In this document: piece by piece, positions 18,491 through 27,692 of the stretch
Layout of the letters: every line of letters begins with the position of its first letter
Numbering within the stretch: position 1 is the stretch's first letter
Source of the DNA: an uncultured Clostridia bacterium
Lineage (GTDB): Bacteria; Bacillota; Clostridia; TANB77; CAG-508
Reading direction: 5' to 3'
Assembly (NCBI GenBank): GCA_944390975.1
Contig: CALXRX010000007.1
Coordinates: 13,636 to 45,635, forward strand
DNA length: 32,000 nt
Translations under genes and position numbers: made by a program
Notes under the pieces: model-generated
The model's database searches: none
Told to the model about the DNA's origin: nothing
What the model saw: only the letters and a program-made list of their open reading frames with translations

Positions 18491-19456
18491 ATGAAATTAG
18501 AGCAAAATGATTTATCTATGATATTTTCTACAACAGAAATTTCTGACATTTTTTTTACAGAATATTTATCACAAGCGTCAGGTGACTATATAAAAGTTTA
18601 CTTATATATTTTATTTTTATCTAAATATGGAAAAGATGTTAAATTAAATGATTTAGCCAAAAAACTTTCATTACCTTTAAAAACTATACAAGATGCACTT
18701 AAATATTGGGAAGAAGAGGAAGTTATTATTAAAAAAAATACTGGTTATATTGTTAATAACCTTCAAGAAATAGAACTTCATAAATTATATAAACCAAAGC
18801 TTTCAACTACAGCTGATATAGAAAAAAATTCTAAAAACCAATATAGAGCAAAAGCAATTGATGCAATTAATACATCATTCTTCCAAGGTGTAATGTCTCC
18901 TTCTTGGTATAATGATATAGATTTATGGTTTAAAAAGTATGGCTTTGATGAACAAGTAATGCTTGCTTTATTTAGGTATTGTTTTGAAAGGTCTGCATTA
19001 CATAGAAACTACATACAAACAGTTGCTGATGCATGGCATAAAAATAATATAAAAACATTTTCAGATTTAGATTTATACTACCAAAAACAAGAAAAATTAA
19101 ACATTATAAAAAAATCTATTTCAAAAAAATTAGGATTAACTAGAGGATTAACACAATATGAAGAAGCATATATTGAAAAATGGGTTGTAGATTTTGGTTT
19201 TACCCTTGAAATAATAGAACTTGCTTTAAAAAGAACTACTTCTAAATCAAATTTCAGTTTTGATTATATAGATAAGATTCTTTGCGATTGGCAAGATAGA
19301 AATTTAAAAACTGTAGCAGATATTCAAAAATTTTTATTAGATATGAAAAATAAAAAAACAGATATAAAGAATTTAGAGAAAAAAAGTTATAATAATTATG
19401 AGCAAAGAAAATATGATAATTTTGATTCTCTTTATGCAAATGTTCAAAAGGCTTAA
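18491..19456 (+). CDS. DnaD/DnaB_2-domain replication initiation / helicase-loading protein
   Basis: 321 aa with two DnaB_2-like repeats: WFKKYGFDEQVMLALFRYCFERSALHRNYIQTVADAWHKNNIKT and YIEKWVVDFGFTLEIIELALKRTTSKSNFSFDYIDKILCDWQDRNLKT. Confidence 0.75.
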   Translation: MKLEQNDLSMIFSTTEISDIFFTEYLSQASGDYIKVYLYILFLSKYGKDVKLNDLAKKLSLPLKTIQDALKYWEEEEVIIKKNTGYIVNNLQEIELHKLYKPKLSTTADIEKNSKNQYRAKAIDAINTSFFQGVMSPSWYNDIDLWFKKYGFDEQVMLALFRYCFERSALHRNYIQTVADAWHKNNIKTFSDLDLYYQKQEKLNIIKKSISKKLGLTRGLTQYEEAYIEKWVVDFGFTLEIIELALKRTTSKSNFSFDYIDKILCDWQDRNLKTVADIQKFLLDMKNKKTDIKNLEKKSYNNYEQRKYDNFDSLYANVQKA

Positions 19457-19479
19457 AAAAATATTTAGGAGTTACACTT

Positions 19480-20478
19480 ATGAATGATTCTACTCTAAAA
19501 AAATTATTAAAAGAATATGATAAAAAAAGACAATTAGCATTTCTTGATTTAGATAAAAGAAAACAAGAATTATTTTCTTCTAATAAAAGATTAGAAGAAA
19601 TAGATAATGAAATTAATTCATATTCTATACAAATTGCAAAAAATATTTTATCTTCTCCAAATAATACTACTTTTTTGGAGAATTTAAGAAATAAAATAGA
19701 TACATTAAAAAAAGAAAAAAATATGCTTTTAAAAAGTTTGAATATAGATGATAATTTTTTTAAACCACATTTTGATTGCAATTTATGCAATGATACTGGA
19801 TATATTCAAGATGGTTATAGTTTTAATTTATGTTCATGCATCAAACAAAAATTATTTGATATTGAATATAATAAATCTAATATTGATAAATTAGAAAAAG
19901 ATAATTTTGATAATTTTAATTATAATTTATATTCTGATAATATTAATGAAGCTTTGTATTCTTCAAATTTATCTCCTAGAGATAATATTAAAAATATAAG
20001 AAAAATTGCATTATCTTTTATAAATAATTTTGATGATAGTAATGAAAAAAATTTACTATTTATAGGTAATACTGGTCTTGGTAAAACTTTTTTATCTAAT
20101 TGTATTGCAAATGAATTATTAAAAAAAGGAAAGACCGTTCTTTACCAAACTGCATCTGTTATGCTTGATTCTATTATTGATTATAGATTTAATAAAAATT
20201 CTTCTACAAATATGTATGAAAATATTTTAACTGTGGATTTATTAATTATTGACGATTTAGGAACTGAATTCATGAATAGTATGAAATTTAGTGAATTATT
20301 TAATGTAATAAATACTAGATTATTAAATCAAAATAATCATATTACTAAAACAATTATCTCAACTAATTTAAATTTACAAGAATTAAGCCAAAAATATGAT
20401 GAAAGAATTTTTTCAAGATTTGTTGGGTACTATAATATTTGTAGATTCTTTGGAGAGGATATTCGTTTTAAGAAGTAA
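19480..20478 (+). CDS. DnaI/DnaC-like helicase loader (AAA+ ATPase with N-terminal zinc-binding motif)
   Basis: CNLCNDTGY...CSC cysteine cluster. Walker A FIGNTGLGKTFL. Walker B LLIIDDLGTE. AGGAG RBS. Confidence 0.8.
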   Translation: MNDSTLKKLLKEYDKKRQLAFLDLDKRKQELFSSNKRLEEIDNEINSYSIQIAKNILSSPNNTTFLENLRNKIDTLKKEKNMLLKSLNIDDNFFKPHFDCNLCNDTGYIQDGYSFNLCSCIKQKLFDIEYNKSNIDKLEKDNFDNFNYNLYSDNINEALYSSNLSPRDNIKNIRKIALSFINNFDDSNEKNLLFIGNTGLGKTFLSNCIANELLKKGKTVLYQTASVMLDSIIDYRFNKNSSTNMYENILTVDLLIIDDLGTEFMNSMKFSELFNVINTRLLNQNNHITKTIISTNLNLQELSQKYDERIFSRFVGYYNICRFFGEDIRFKK

Positions 20479-20512
20479 GATACTCACAATATTTAAAATA
20501 TTGTGAGTATCT
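20477..20512 (+). terminator. Perfect 36-bp palindrome at the dnaI-like stop
   Basis: AAGATACTCACAATATTT|AAATATTGTGAGTATCTT, overlapping the TAA stop. Confidence 0.55.
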
Positions 20513-20541
20513 TATTAACATTTTAATAAGTTTTGTGGAAA

Positions 20542-20572
20542 AAAGGATGTGTAATTTTTTAACACATCCTTT
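20542..20572. terminator. Bidirectional intrinsic terminator between the dnaI-like gene and gyrA
   Basis: Stem AAAGGATGTGT / ACACATCCTTT, preceded by an A-run and followed by GATTTTTT, so it can function on either strand. Confidence 0.65.
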
Positions 20573-20703
20573 GATTTTTTGTTTAAATTTTAATTATTTT
20601 TTGTTATCTTTGAGTTGTTTCTTCATAGTCTTTTCTTTATGTTTTGTTTATTTTTATTTTTGTTTTTGTTTTTTATTACATTTTTTTATGTTTTATTTGT
20701 TTA

Positions 20704-23145
20704 TTACTCATTTATATTTTCTTCATTAGATATTGTTTCTATGCTTACAACTTTTGAGCCATCATTTGTTCTCATTAATGTAACTCCTTGAGTAGATCTT
20801 CCAAGAACACTTACTTCTTTAACTGCTAGTCTTATAATTGTTCCTTTGTCTGTAATAAGCATAACATCTTCATCTTCTCCAGTAACTCTAATTCCTACAA
20901 TTGTTCCTGTTTTTGGTGTTACTTTATATGTTATAACTCCTTTTCCACCTCTTGTTTGAACTCTATATTCATCTAATTCTGTTCTTTTTCCAAAACCATG
21001 TTCAGTTATTGCAAGTAATGTTGCTTTTACACCTGTTATTATAGATTCCATTCCTATTACATAGTCATCTTTATTTAATTTAATTCCTATAACTCCTTGT
21101 GCTACTCTACCAATTGGACGTACATCTTTTTCATCAAATGTAATACTCATACCTTCTTTTGTAACTAATACAACATTATCTTCTCCATCTGTAAGTCTTA
21201 CACCAATTAACTCATCATCTTCTTTTAATGTAATTCCTTGTAATCCTGTTTTTCTAGTTGTATTATACTCTGTTAGTGCTGTCTTTTTAATTAATCCATT
21301 TCTTGTTGCCATTAATAAGAATTTTCCTTCAGCAAAGTTTTGGATTGGAATAACCGCAGATATTTTTTCTCCAGCATCTAAACTTAATAAATTAACTATT
21401 GCTGTTCCTTTTGCAGTTCTTCCCGCTTCTGGTATTTCATATCCTCTTAATTTATATAGTTTTCCTTTGTTACTAAAGAATAAAATAGTATCATGAGTAG
21501 ATGCTGTAAATATTTGTTTTACAAAATCTTCTTCTCTAGTTGCTATTCCTGTAATTCCTTTTCCACCTCTTCTTTGGCTTTTATATGTATCAATTGGCAT
21601 TCTTTTTATATATCCAAAATGTGTTAAGGCTATTACTGTTTGTTCTTCTTTTATTAAATCTTCAACATCAAATTCTCCCTCTGCTGCAACTATTTTTGTT
21701 TTTCTTTCATCTCCAAATTTAGTTTTTATTTCTATTAATTCTTCTTTTATAATATCAAAAACTAATTTTTCGCTTCCTAATATTTCTTTTAAATGAGCAA
21801 TTAATTTCATCAATTCTTCATATTCTTCTTCTATTTTTTCTCTTTGCAATCCTGATAATGTTTTTAATCTCATGTCTAGAATTGCTTGTGCTTGAATATC
21901 TGAAAGACCAAATCTTTCCATTAATCTTTCTTTTGCATCATCATAAGAAGAACGAATTATATTAATTACTTCATCAATGTTGTCTAAAGCTATTTTTAAT
22001 CCCTCTAAAATATGTGCTCTTGCTTCAGCTTTATCTAATTCAAATTTTGTTCTACGTAAAATAACATTTTTTCTATGATCTAGATAATACTCTATACATT
22101 GTCTTAATGTTAATATTTTTGGCTCTCCATTTACAAGTGCTAACATGATAATTCCAAATGTATCTTGCATTTGTGTGTTTTTATATAATTGATTTAAAAC
22201 AACTTGTGCATTTGCGTCTCTTTTTAATTCAATAACAATTCTAACTTTTTCTTTTCTGTCTGATTCATCTCTTAGTTCTGATATTCCTTCAATTCTTTTA
22301 TCTCTAACTAAGTGTGATATATATTCAATTAGTTTTGCTTTGTTTACTTGATATGGTAATGATGATACTATTATTCTTTGTTTATTACCACTCATTTCCT
22401 CTATTTCTGCTTCAGCTCTTACTATAATTTTTCCTTTACCTGTTGTGTATGCTTCTTTAATTCCTTCTCTACCTAAAATTATTCCTTCTGTTGGAAAATC
22501 TGGTCCTTTTATTACTTGCATTAAATCTTCATCTGTTACATTGTCTTCCTCAATTACTTTTATTATTCCATTTACAACTTCTGTTAAATTGTGTGGTGGT
22601 ATATTTGTTGCCATTCCAACTGCAATTCCAGATGAGCCATTAACTAATAATGTTGGTATTCTAGCAGGTAATACTGTTGGCTCCTGTAATCTATCATCAT
22701 AGTTTGGCATAAAATCTACTGTGTTTTTTTCTATGTCTGTTAACATATAGTTTGATATTTTTGCCATTCTAGCTTCTGTATACCTCATGGCAGCAGCTCC
22801 ATCACCATCAATTGAGCCAAAATTTCCATGTCCATCAATTAGTGGGTATCTAAGTGAGAAATCTTGAGCCATTCTAACCATAGCATCATATACTGAAGAG
22901 TCTCCATGTGGATGGTATCTTCCAAGAACTGATCCTACTGTGTTTGCACATTTTCTATATGGCTTGTCTGATGTAATTCCATCTTCATGCATTGCATATA
23001 AAATTCTTCTATGCACTGGTTTTAATCCATCTCTAACATCTGGCAATGCACGTGATACAATTACACTCATTGCATAATCGATATAAGATGTTTTCATCTC
23101 ATTTTCAATATTTCTTTCTATAATTTTTTCTCCTGGTCTATCCAT
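20704..23145 (-). CDS. gyrA: DNA gyrase subunit A
   Basis: 813 aa. YAMSVIVSRALPDVRDGLKPVHRRILY, HPHGDSSVYDAMVRMAQ (QRDR region), active-site AAMRYTEARM, and C-terminal beta-pinwheel repeats. Confidence 0.97.
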   Translation of the reverse strand: MDRPGEKIIERNIENEMKTSYIDYAMSVIVSRALPDVRDGLKPVHRRILYAMHEDGITSDKPYRKCANTVGSVLGRYHPHGDSSVYDAMVRMAQDFSLRYPLIDGHGNFGSIDGDGAAAMRYTEARMAKISNYMLTDIEKNTVDFMPNYDDRLQEPTVLPARIPTLLVNGSSGIAVGMATNIPPHNLTEVVNGIIKVIEEDNVTDEDLMQVIKGPDFPTEGIILGREGIKEAYTTGKGKIIVRAEAEIEEMSGNKQRIIVSSLPYQVNKAKLIEYISHLVRDKRIEGISELRDESDRKEKVRIVIELKRDANAQVVLNQLYKNTQMQDTFGIIMLALVNGEPKILTLRQCIEYYLDHRKNVILRRTKFELDKAEARAHILEGLKIALDNIDEVINIIRSSYDDAKERLMERFGLSDIQAQAILDMRLKTLSGLQREKIEEEYEELMKLIAHLKEILGSEKLVFDIIKEELIEIKTKFGDERKTKIVAAEGEFDVEDLIKEEQTVIALTHFGYIKRMPIDTYKSQRRGGKGITGIATREEDFVKQIFTASTHDTILFFSNKGKLYKLRGYEIPEAGRTAKGTAIVNLLSLDAGEKISAVIPIQNFAEGKFLLMATRNGLIKKTALTEYNTTRKTGLQGITLKEDDELIGVRLTDGEDNVVLVTKEGMSITFDEKDVRPIGRVAQGVIGIKLNKDDYVIGMESIITGVKATLLAITEHGFGKRTELDEYRVQTRGGKGVITYKVTPKTGTIVGIRVTGEDEDVMLITDKGTIIRLAVKEVSVLGRSTQGVTLMRTNDGSKVVSIETISNEENINE

Positions 23146-23183
23146 TAAAATCCCTCTTTTTCGTTATATTTTAACCTAGTGTA

Positions 23184-23212
23184 ATTATACTTTAACATAT
23201 TAAAAATTGCAA
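23184..23212 (-). promoter_or_regulatory. gyrA-proximal SigA-type promoter
   Basis: On the minus strand: TTGCAA (23212..23207), 17 bp, TATAAT (23189..23184), about 35 nt upstream of the gyrA ATG. Confidence 0.5.
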
Positions 23213-23327
23213 GAATTTTTGACAAAAAATATAGAAAAAAGCCTAATATTTCAATAATTTTATTAGAATTATGATACTAATTTTTTTAGTTTTTTATAAT
23301 TATTTTTGTACTAATTTTTATTTAACG

Positions 23328-23381
23328 TTCAGACTATTTAACTTTTTTAAATTGATAGATAATTATATATAAATATTTTTG
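23328..23381 (+). repeat. Direct repeat copy B (paired with 18308..18361)
   Basis: See copy A. This copy ends 12 nt from the stop (23394) of the 253-aa minus-strand gene, so it is inverted relative to that gene. Confidence 0.6.
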
Positions 23382-23393
23382 TAATTATTTTTA

Positions 23394-24155
23394 TTATATT
23401 AATTTTTTAGCAAGTGCTAGTTCATCTTCTGAAAGATTAAAATCTTGTCCTTTATTTTTTATTAATGTATGTAAATTTTCTACTTGGTGTGCTTTTTTTA
23501 ATGTATCTTCTAATGGAATTAATTCTTCTAATTTTTCTTTTATTTTATTATATTCTAATTCCATTTTAGAGAAATTTTGTTGTTTATAATAAGTGTTCCA
23601 ATTATTTATATATTTATCTAATTTTTCTATACCTTTTAATTGATTTGTTAATGTATTTTCTATGTTGCTTTCTATATTGCTAATTAAAACATTTTTTCCA
23701 TTTTTTATTATATCTTCTAAACTATTTGGTAATATTCCACTTTTACTTGCTACATTTATTCCAAAATCTATTCCATCTGAAATTGTATCTAATAATCCTC
23801 CTTTTTCAACTGCTTTTTGTATTTGTGTAATATTATCAAATTTTCCTGTTACTATTCCTAATGCACTTTTACCTAAATCAATTGCACTTTCTATCGTTTT
23901 ATTTATTCCTTCTTTAAAACCTTCTTTTATTATTGTATCTTTTATTTCTATTACTTGGTCTTCTATAACATCTGGTAATAAATATCTAAGCCCTACATTT
24001 AAAGCTGTATTTATGGTTTTTCCAAGTGTTGTGTCTAAAAAATTATTTTGTTTTTCTGCAGTTATATTATAATCTATATTGTTATTTATTAATTTATTTT
24101 CATTTTCTAAATTATTTTGGGTTGGTTTATTATCTTTTTCTAATTCTACAGTCAT
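23394..24155 (-). CDS. Hypothetical soluble, helix-rich protein; last gene of the virB4 to parA-like gene string
   Basis: 253 aa. GAAAGGAA RBS. No TM segment or signal peptide, and an N/K/E/I-rich composition. I recognise no family. Confidence 0.6.
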   Translation of the reverse strand: MTVELEKDNKPTQNNLENENKLINNNIDYNITAEKQNNFLDTTLGKTINTALNVGLRYLLPDVIEDQVIEIKDTIIKEGFKEGINKTIESAIDLGKSALGIVTGKFDNITQIQKAVEKGGLLDTISDGIDFGINVASKSGILPNSLEDIIKNGKNVLISNIESNIENTLTNQLKGIEKLDKYINNWNTYYKQQNFSKMELEYNKIKEKLEELIPLEDTLKKAHQVENLHTLIKNKGQDFNLSEDELALAKKLI

Positions 24156-24200
24156 TTATTTTTTCCTTTCTATTTATATTTATTATTTTAATTTTGTTTT

Positions 24201-24440
24201 AATTAATTATTTTTTTTTACTATTTTATTTTCATTTTTTAATTAATTATTTTTTTATTTACTTTTTTATTTTTATTTTTTAATTAATTATTTTTTTATTT
24301 ACTTTTTTATTTTTATTTTTTAATTAATTATTTTTTTATTTACTTTTTTATTTTCATTTTTTAATTAATTATTTTTCAATTTACTATTTTATTTTTGTTA
24401 ATTAATTTATTTTTAATTTATTATTTTATTTTTGTTTTTT
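24201..24440. repeat. Tandem array of about six 37-41-bp units, each starting AATTAATT
   Basis: Unit starts at 24201, 24240, 24281, 24322, 24363 and 24400, with a partial unit at 24441. Units 2 and 3 are identical (AATTAATTATTTTTTTATTTACTTTTTTATTTTTATTTTTT) and unit 4 differs by 1 nt. The array occupies most (240 of 283 nt) of the intergenic space. Confidence 0.8.
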
Positions 24441-25812
24441 AATTTTCTATTTTTTCTAAATAATATTTTTTTAATTTATTATTTCTAATTATTTTTTTTG
24501 CAATATTTTTATATTGTTTTTTTATTTTATTTTCTAAAAATATTTCATTCATGTTTTGATTAATTAAAGTATTACATTTTTTTATAAAATTAATTTTTCC
24601 TATTATATTATAATTTTTAAAAACTTCTTTTAAAATATCAAAACATATAGTATCACTTTTTATTTTATTAAATAAAATATATATTTTTTCTTTATTTATA
24701 TTCCACTCATTTAAATATTTTTCAAGTAAATTTTTTGCTTTTTTTATTTGTAATAAATTTGGCTCTGTCATAAATATTATTTTATCTGCATTATTTACTA
24801 AATTTGTTATGCTTTTATAATTTATATTATTATTTTTTTCTTGTTCAAAATCTATTAATATATAATCATATTTATTTTTTAAATTATTTATTATTTTAAT
24901 TAATTCAATATCATTATTTATAATATTATTTATTTTAGAGATTAAATCTATTTTTGAATTAATTTTTATTATTTCCTCATTTAATTCTGTTTCTTCCTGA
25001 ATATTATTTTTTTGATTTTCACTATTTTTTACATTTTTATTTTTTATATTTTTTCCAAATAGAGTTTGTATGCTGTTATTAATGTAATCGAAATCTATTA
25101 TTAATATTTTTTTATTTAATTTTTCTAATTGCTTAGCTATATTTACAGTAAATATTGTTTTTCCTACACCTGTACATCCACTAATAATTATTAATTTTGA
25201 AATTGTTTTTTTATTTTCTTTTTTTATAATTTTTAATATACTATTTATTATTTTATTTTTTAATAAATTATTTTCATATTCTTTTTTTATTTCTGTTTCT
25301 ATTTCTATTTTTTCTTCTTTTGTAATTAAATTTATTTTTTCATTGTTTTTTATTTCTTTTTTTTCATTTTTTTCAATATTTTTTTCTTTATTTTCTTCTT
25401 TGTTTAATATTATTTTTTTTAATTCTTTTATTTCATTTTCTAATTCTTCTTTTTTATTTTTATTTATTATTAATTCTGCTATTTCTTTTATTTCTATTTC
25501 ATTGTTATAAAATATATTAATATTTCCTTTTGCAAATAAATAATTTTCTAATGCTTTGTTTTCTTTTTCTAGTATAATTATTAATTTTATTTCTTTTTTT
25601 ATATTTTTTATTTCTTCTATTAGTTCTTTTATATTATATTTTCCTGGTAGCAATTCGCTAATAATTATAATTTCAATATCTGGATGTATTTCTAATGCTT
25701 CTATAATTCCTTCTTGATATTGTATATCATTCATTACTATTTCTATTTCTTTGTATTCTTTTAGTTTTTCATTAACATTTTTATTTAGTAAAGCTGTAAT
25801 TAATTTTTTCAT
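24439..25812 (-). CDS. MinD/ParA-superfamily P-loop ATPase (CpaE/TadZ-like) with N-terminal pseudo-receiver domain and K/E/N-rich linker
   Basis: 457 aa. The N-terminal ~115 aa has a receiver-like alternating beta/alpha pattern but lacks the acidic pocket (LITALLNKN in place of the DD pair, IIISE at the phospho-Asp position). The P-loop is IIISGCTGVGKT, followed by ILIIDFD and YDYILIDFE, both MinD-like. Confidence 0.65.
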   Translation of the reverse strand: MKKLITALLNKNVNEKLKEYKEIEIVMNDIQYQEGIIEALEIHPDIEIIIISELLPGKYNIKELIEEIKNIKKEIKLIIILEKENKALENYLFAKGNINIFYNNEIEIKEIAELIINKNKKEELENEIKELKKIILNKEENKEKNIEKNEKKEIKNNEKINLITKEEKIEIETEIKKEYENNLLKNKIINSILKIIKKENKKTISKLIIISGCTGVGKTIFTVNIAKQLEKLNKKILIIDFDYINNSIQTLFGKNIKNKNVKNSENQKNNIQEETELNEEIIKINSKIDLISKINNIINNDIELIKIINNLKNKYDYILIDFEQEKNNNINYKSITNLVNNADKIIFMTEPNLLQIKKAKNLLEKYLNEWNINKEKIYILFNKIKSDTICFDILKEVFKNYNIIGKINFIKKCNTLINQNMNEIFLENKIKKQYKNIAKKIIRNNKLKKYYLEKIEN

Positions 25813-25841
25813 TTTTGAAATCCCCTTTTTTATAGGTATAA

Positions 25842-27428
25842 CTAAATTTTATTTATTATTTCTTTTTCAAAATTGTTTGCTTCTATTTTTGTTAGAATAT
25901 GATTTTCTCCTGCAAACATTAAGCATTCTCCTCTTTTTAATGATTTTATTTCTACTTTTTCTTTTTCTGATAAGTTAGAATATTGTGCTAATATTTTTAT
26001 GTTTTCTTCTTCTAATGAAAAAAAAGTTTTTATGCTTGTATTGTTTAATATACTTCTTCCATATATTCCATTTTCTAAACTAAATAAATCTGATATGTCT
26101 TGAGTTATTGCTACTGCACTTCCTCCATATTTTCTTATTGTTTTAAATATTTTATATATAAAGCTTGCTACGTTTTTATTTGATGTTACTCCAATTAGTC
26201 TCCATATTTCATCTAGATATATTGCTTTTTTTACTTTTCTGTTTATTTTTATTTTATCCCAAAATAATTCTGTAAATATATACATTCCATATTGTAAATT
26301 TTCTTCTCCTAATTCATATACATCTGCAACTATAAAGTTGTTATCTATTTTTACGTTTGTGTATTGGTTAAAAAATTTTAATGAGCCTTTTATAAATGGA
26401 ATTAATTTTGTTTTAAATACTTTTGTTTTTGGATCTTTGTCTAAAATATTATATAAATCTTCTAATATTGGCATGTCTTTACTGTCTTTAAATATTTTTG
26501 TTATTGTAATTTTATTTTCTTCATTTTTGTATAAGCTTTCATCATCAAATGTTATTCCTTTTTCTGAATAACATTGAATTAATTTGTCTTCTAATATTGC
26601 TTTTTCTTCTTCATCCATTTCTCCAAAAATTAAATTAAAAAAGCCTATTAGTTTTCCTATTTTTGTTGCTAAATATCCTTTTTCATTTTCTTCTATACTT
26701 TCTTTTCTTATATCAAATATATTTATGTATGTACTAGATGTTGGTCCTATTTTTAACAGTGTTCCACCTAAGTTTTTGCAAATGTTATTATATTCTCTAT
26801 CTGGATCTATTACATATTGTTCTATTCCTAATAATCTATTTCTTAGTATTAGTAATTTTGTGTAAAATGATTTTCCTGCTCCACTTGTTCCAAATATGCT
26901 TATATTTGCATTTTTATATTTATTTGTATTATATCTGTCTATAAAAACTAAACTGTTGTTATATATGTTTGTTCCTATGTATATTCCATTTTCATCAAAT
27001 ATTGATGATGATATAAATGGATATGTTGATACAAGGCCTTGTGTTAATATGTTTCTTTTACTTACTTCTTTTATGTCTTCATGATTTTTCATTATTGGCA
27101 TGCATGATAAAAATGCTTGTTCTTGTCTAAAGTATGCTCTTCTTGTTTGCATTCCTTTACTTTGTATTATTCCTTCTGTTTTATTTATAAGGTATTCTAA
27201 TTCTTTTTTATTTTTTGTGAATAAGTTTATATAAATATATAAAAAATATAGTTCTTCATTGTTTACTTGCATTTGTTTTCTGATGTATTTTGCGTCATTG
27301 TATGTAAATGCTGCTATGTCTATATCTTGACTATTTTGATTTTTATTTTGTAAATCTACTCCTACATTTCCAATATGATATGTTAATTCTCTAATTATTT
27401 TATATGAGTCTTTTTTCTCATAAAACAT
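25842..27428 (-). CDS. VirB4-family (TraE/TcpF/PrgJ-like) conjugation ATPase, P-loop part
   Basis: Walker A ISIFGTSGAGKSFYTKLL and Walker B AIYLDEIWRLI. The first canonical start is ATG 27428, but the frame is open and homologous up to 27692 (DIIAPTYINLQNPKYIEIDDIYYSSLLI). Confidence 0.85.
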   Translation of the reverse strand: MFYEKKDSYKIIRELTYHIGNVGVDLQNKNQNSQDIDIAAFTYNDAKYIRKQMQVNNEELYFLYIYINLFTKNKKELEYLINKTEGIIQSKGMQTRRAYFRQEQAFLSCMPIMKNHEDIKEVSKRNILTQGLVSTYPFISSSIFDENGIYIGTNIYNNSLVFIDRYNTNKYKNANISIFGTSGAGKSFYTKLLILRNRLLGIEQYVIDPDREYNNICKNLGGTLLKIGPTSSTYINIFDIRKESIEENEKGYLATKIGKLIGFFNLIFGEMDEEEKAILEDKLIQCYSEKGITFDDESLYKNEENKITITKIFKDSKDMPILEDLYNILDKDPKTKVFKTKLIPFIKGSLKFFNQYTNVKIDNNFIVADVYELGEENLQYGMYIFTELFWDKIKINRKVKKAIYLDEIWRLIGVTSNKNVASFIYKIFKTIRKYGGSAVAITQDISDLFSLENGIYGRSILNNTSIKTFFSLEEENIKILAQYSNLSEKEKVEIKSLKRGECLMFAGENHILTKIEANNFEKEIINKI

Positions 27429-27692
27429 TGATATATTTACATTTATGTTTGTGTCTATTAAATTTTTTAATAATAAATCGGTTTGTTCTCTATAATAATT
27501 TACTATTAATAGTGAGGAATAATATATATCATCTATTTCTATGTATTTTGGATTTTGTAAATTTATATATGTTGGTGCTATAATATCTTTTTGATTTATT
27601 GCTCCTTCTAAAAATTCTAATTTTGGGTTTTCTGTTTCTTTATTTTTTTTATTATTTTTAAATATTTGTATTTTTATTTTTTTTCCTCCTTT

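Noticed and set aside
19254-19790. 178-aa minus-strand ORF spanning the dnaD-like/dnaI-like junction
   Set aside because: It is antisense to two motif-supported genes and has a low-complexity translation, so it is spurious.
24079-24282. Plus-strand ORFs overlapping the repeat array and nearby spacers (24079..24282, 25751..25978, 28217..28411, 20535..20729)
   Set aside because: They are translations of T-rich spacer or antisense DNA (poly-F/L/I), with no RBS. They are artefacts of composition.
24201-24440. Possible CRISPR array
   Set aside because: The units are directly abutting 37-41-bp tandem copies with no unique spacers between them. The sequence is almost pure A/T, and no cas genes are present. 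It is a tandem repeat, not CRISPR.
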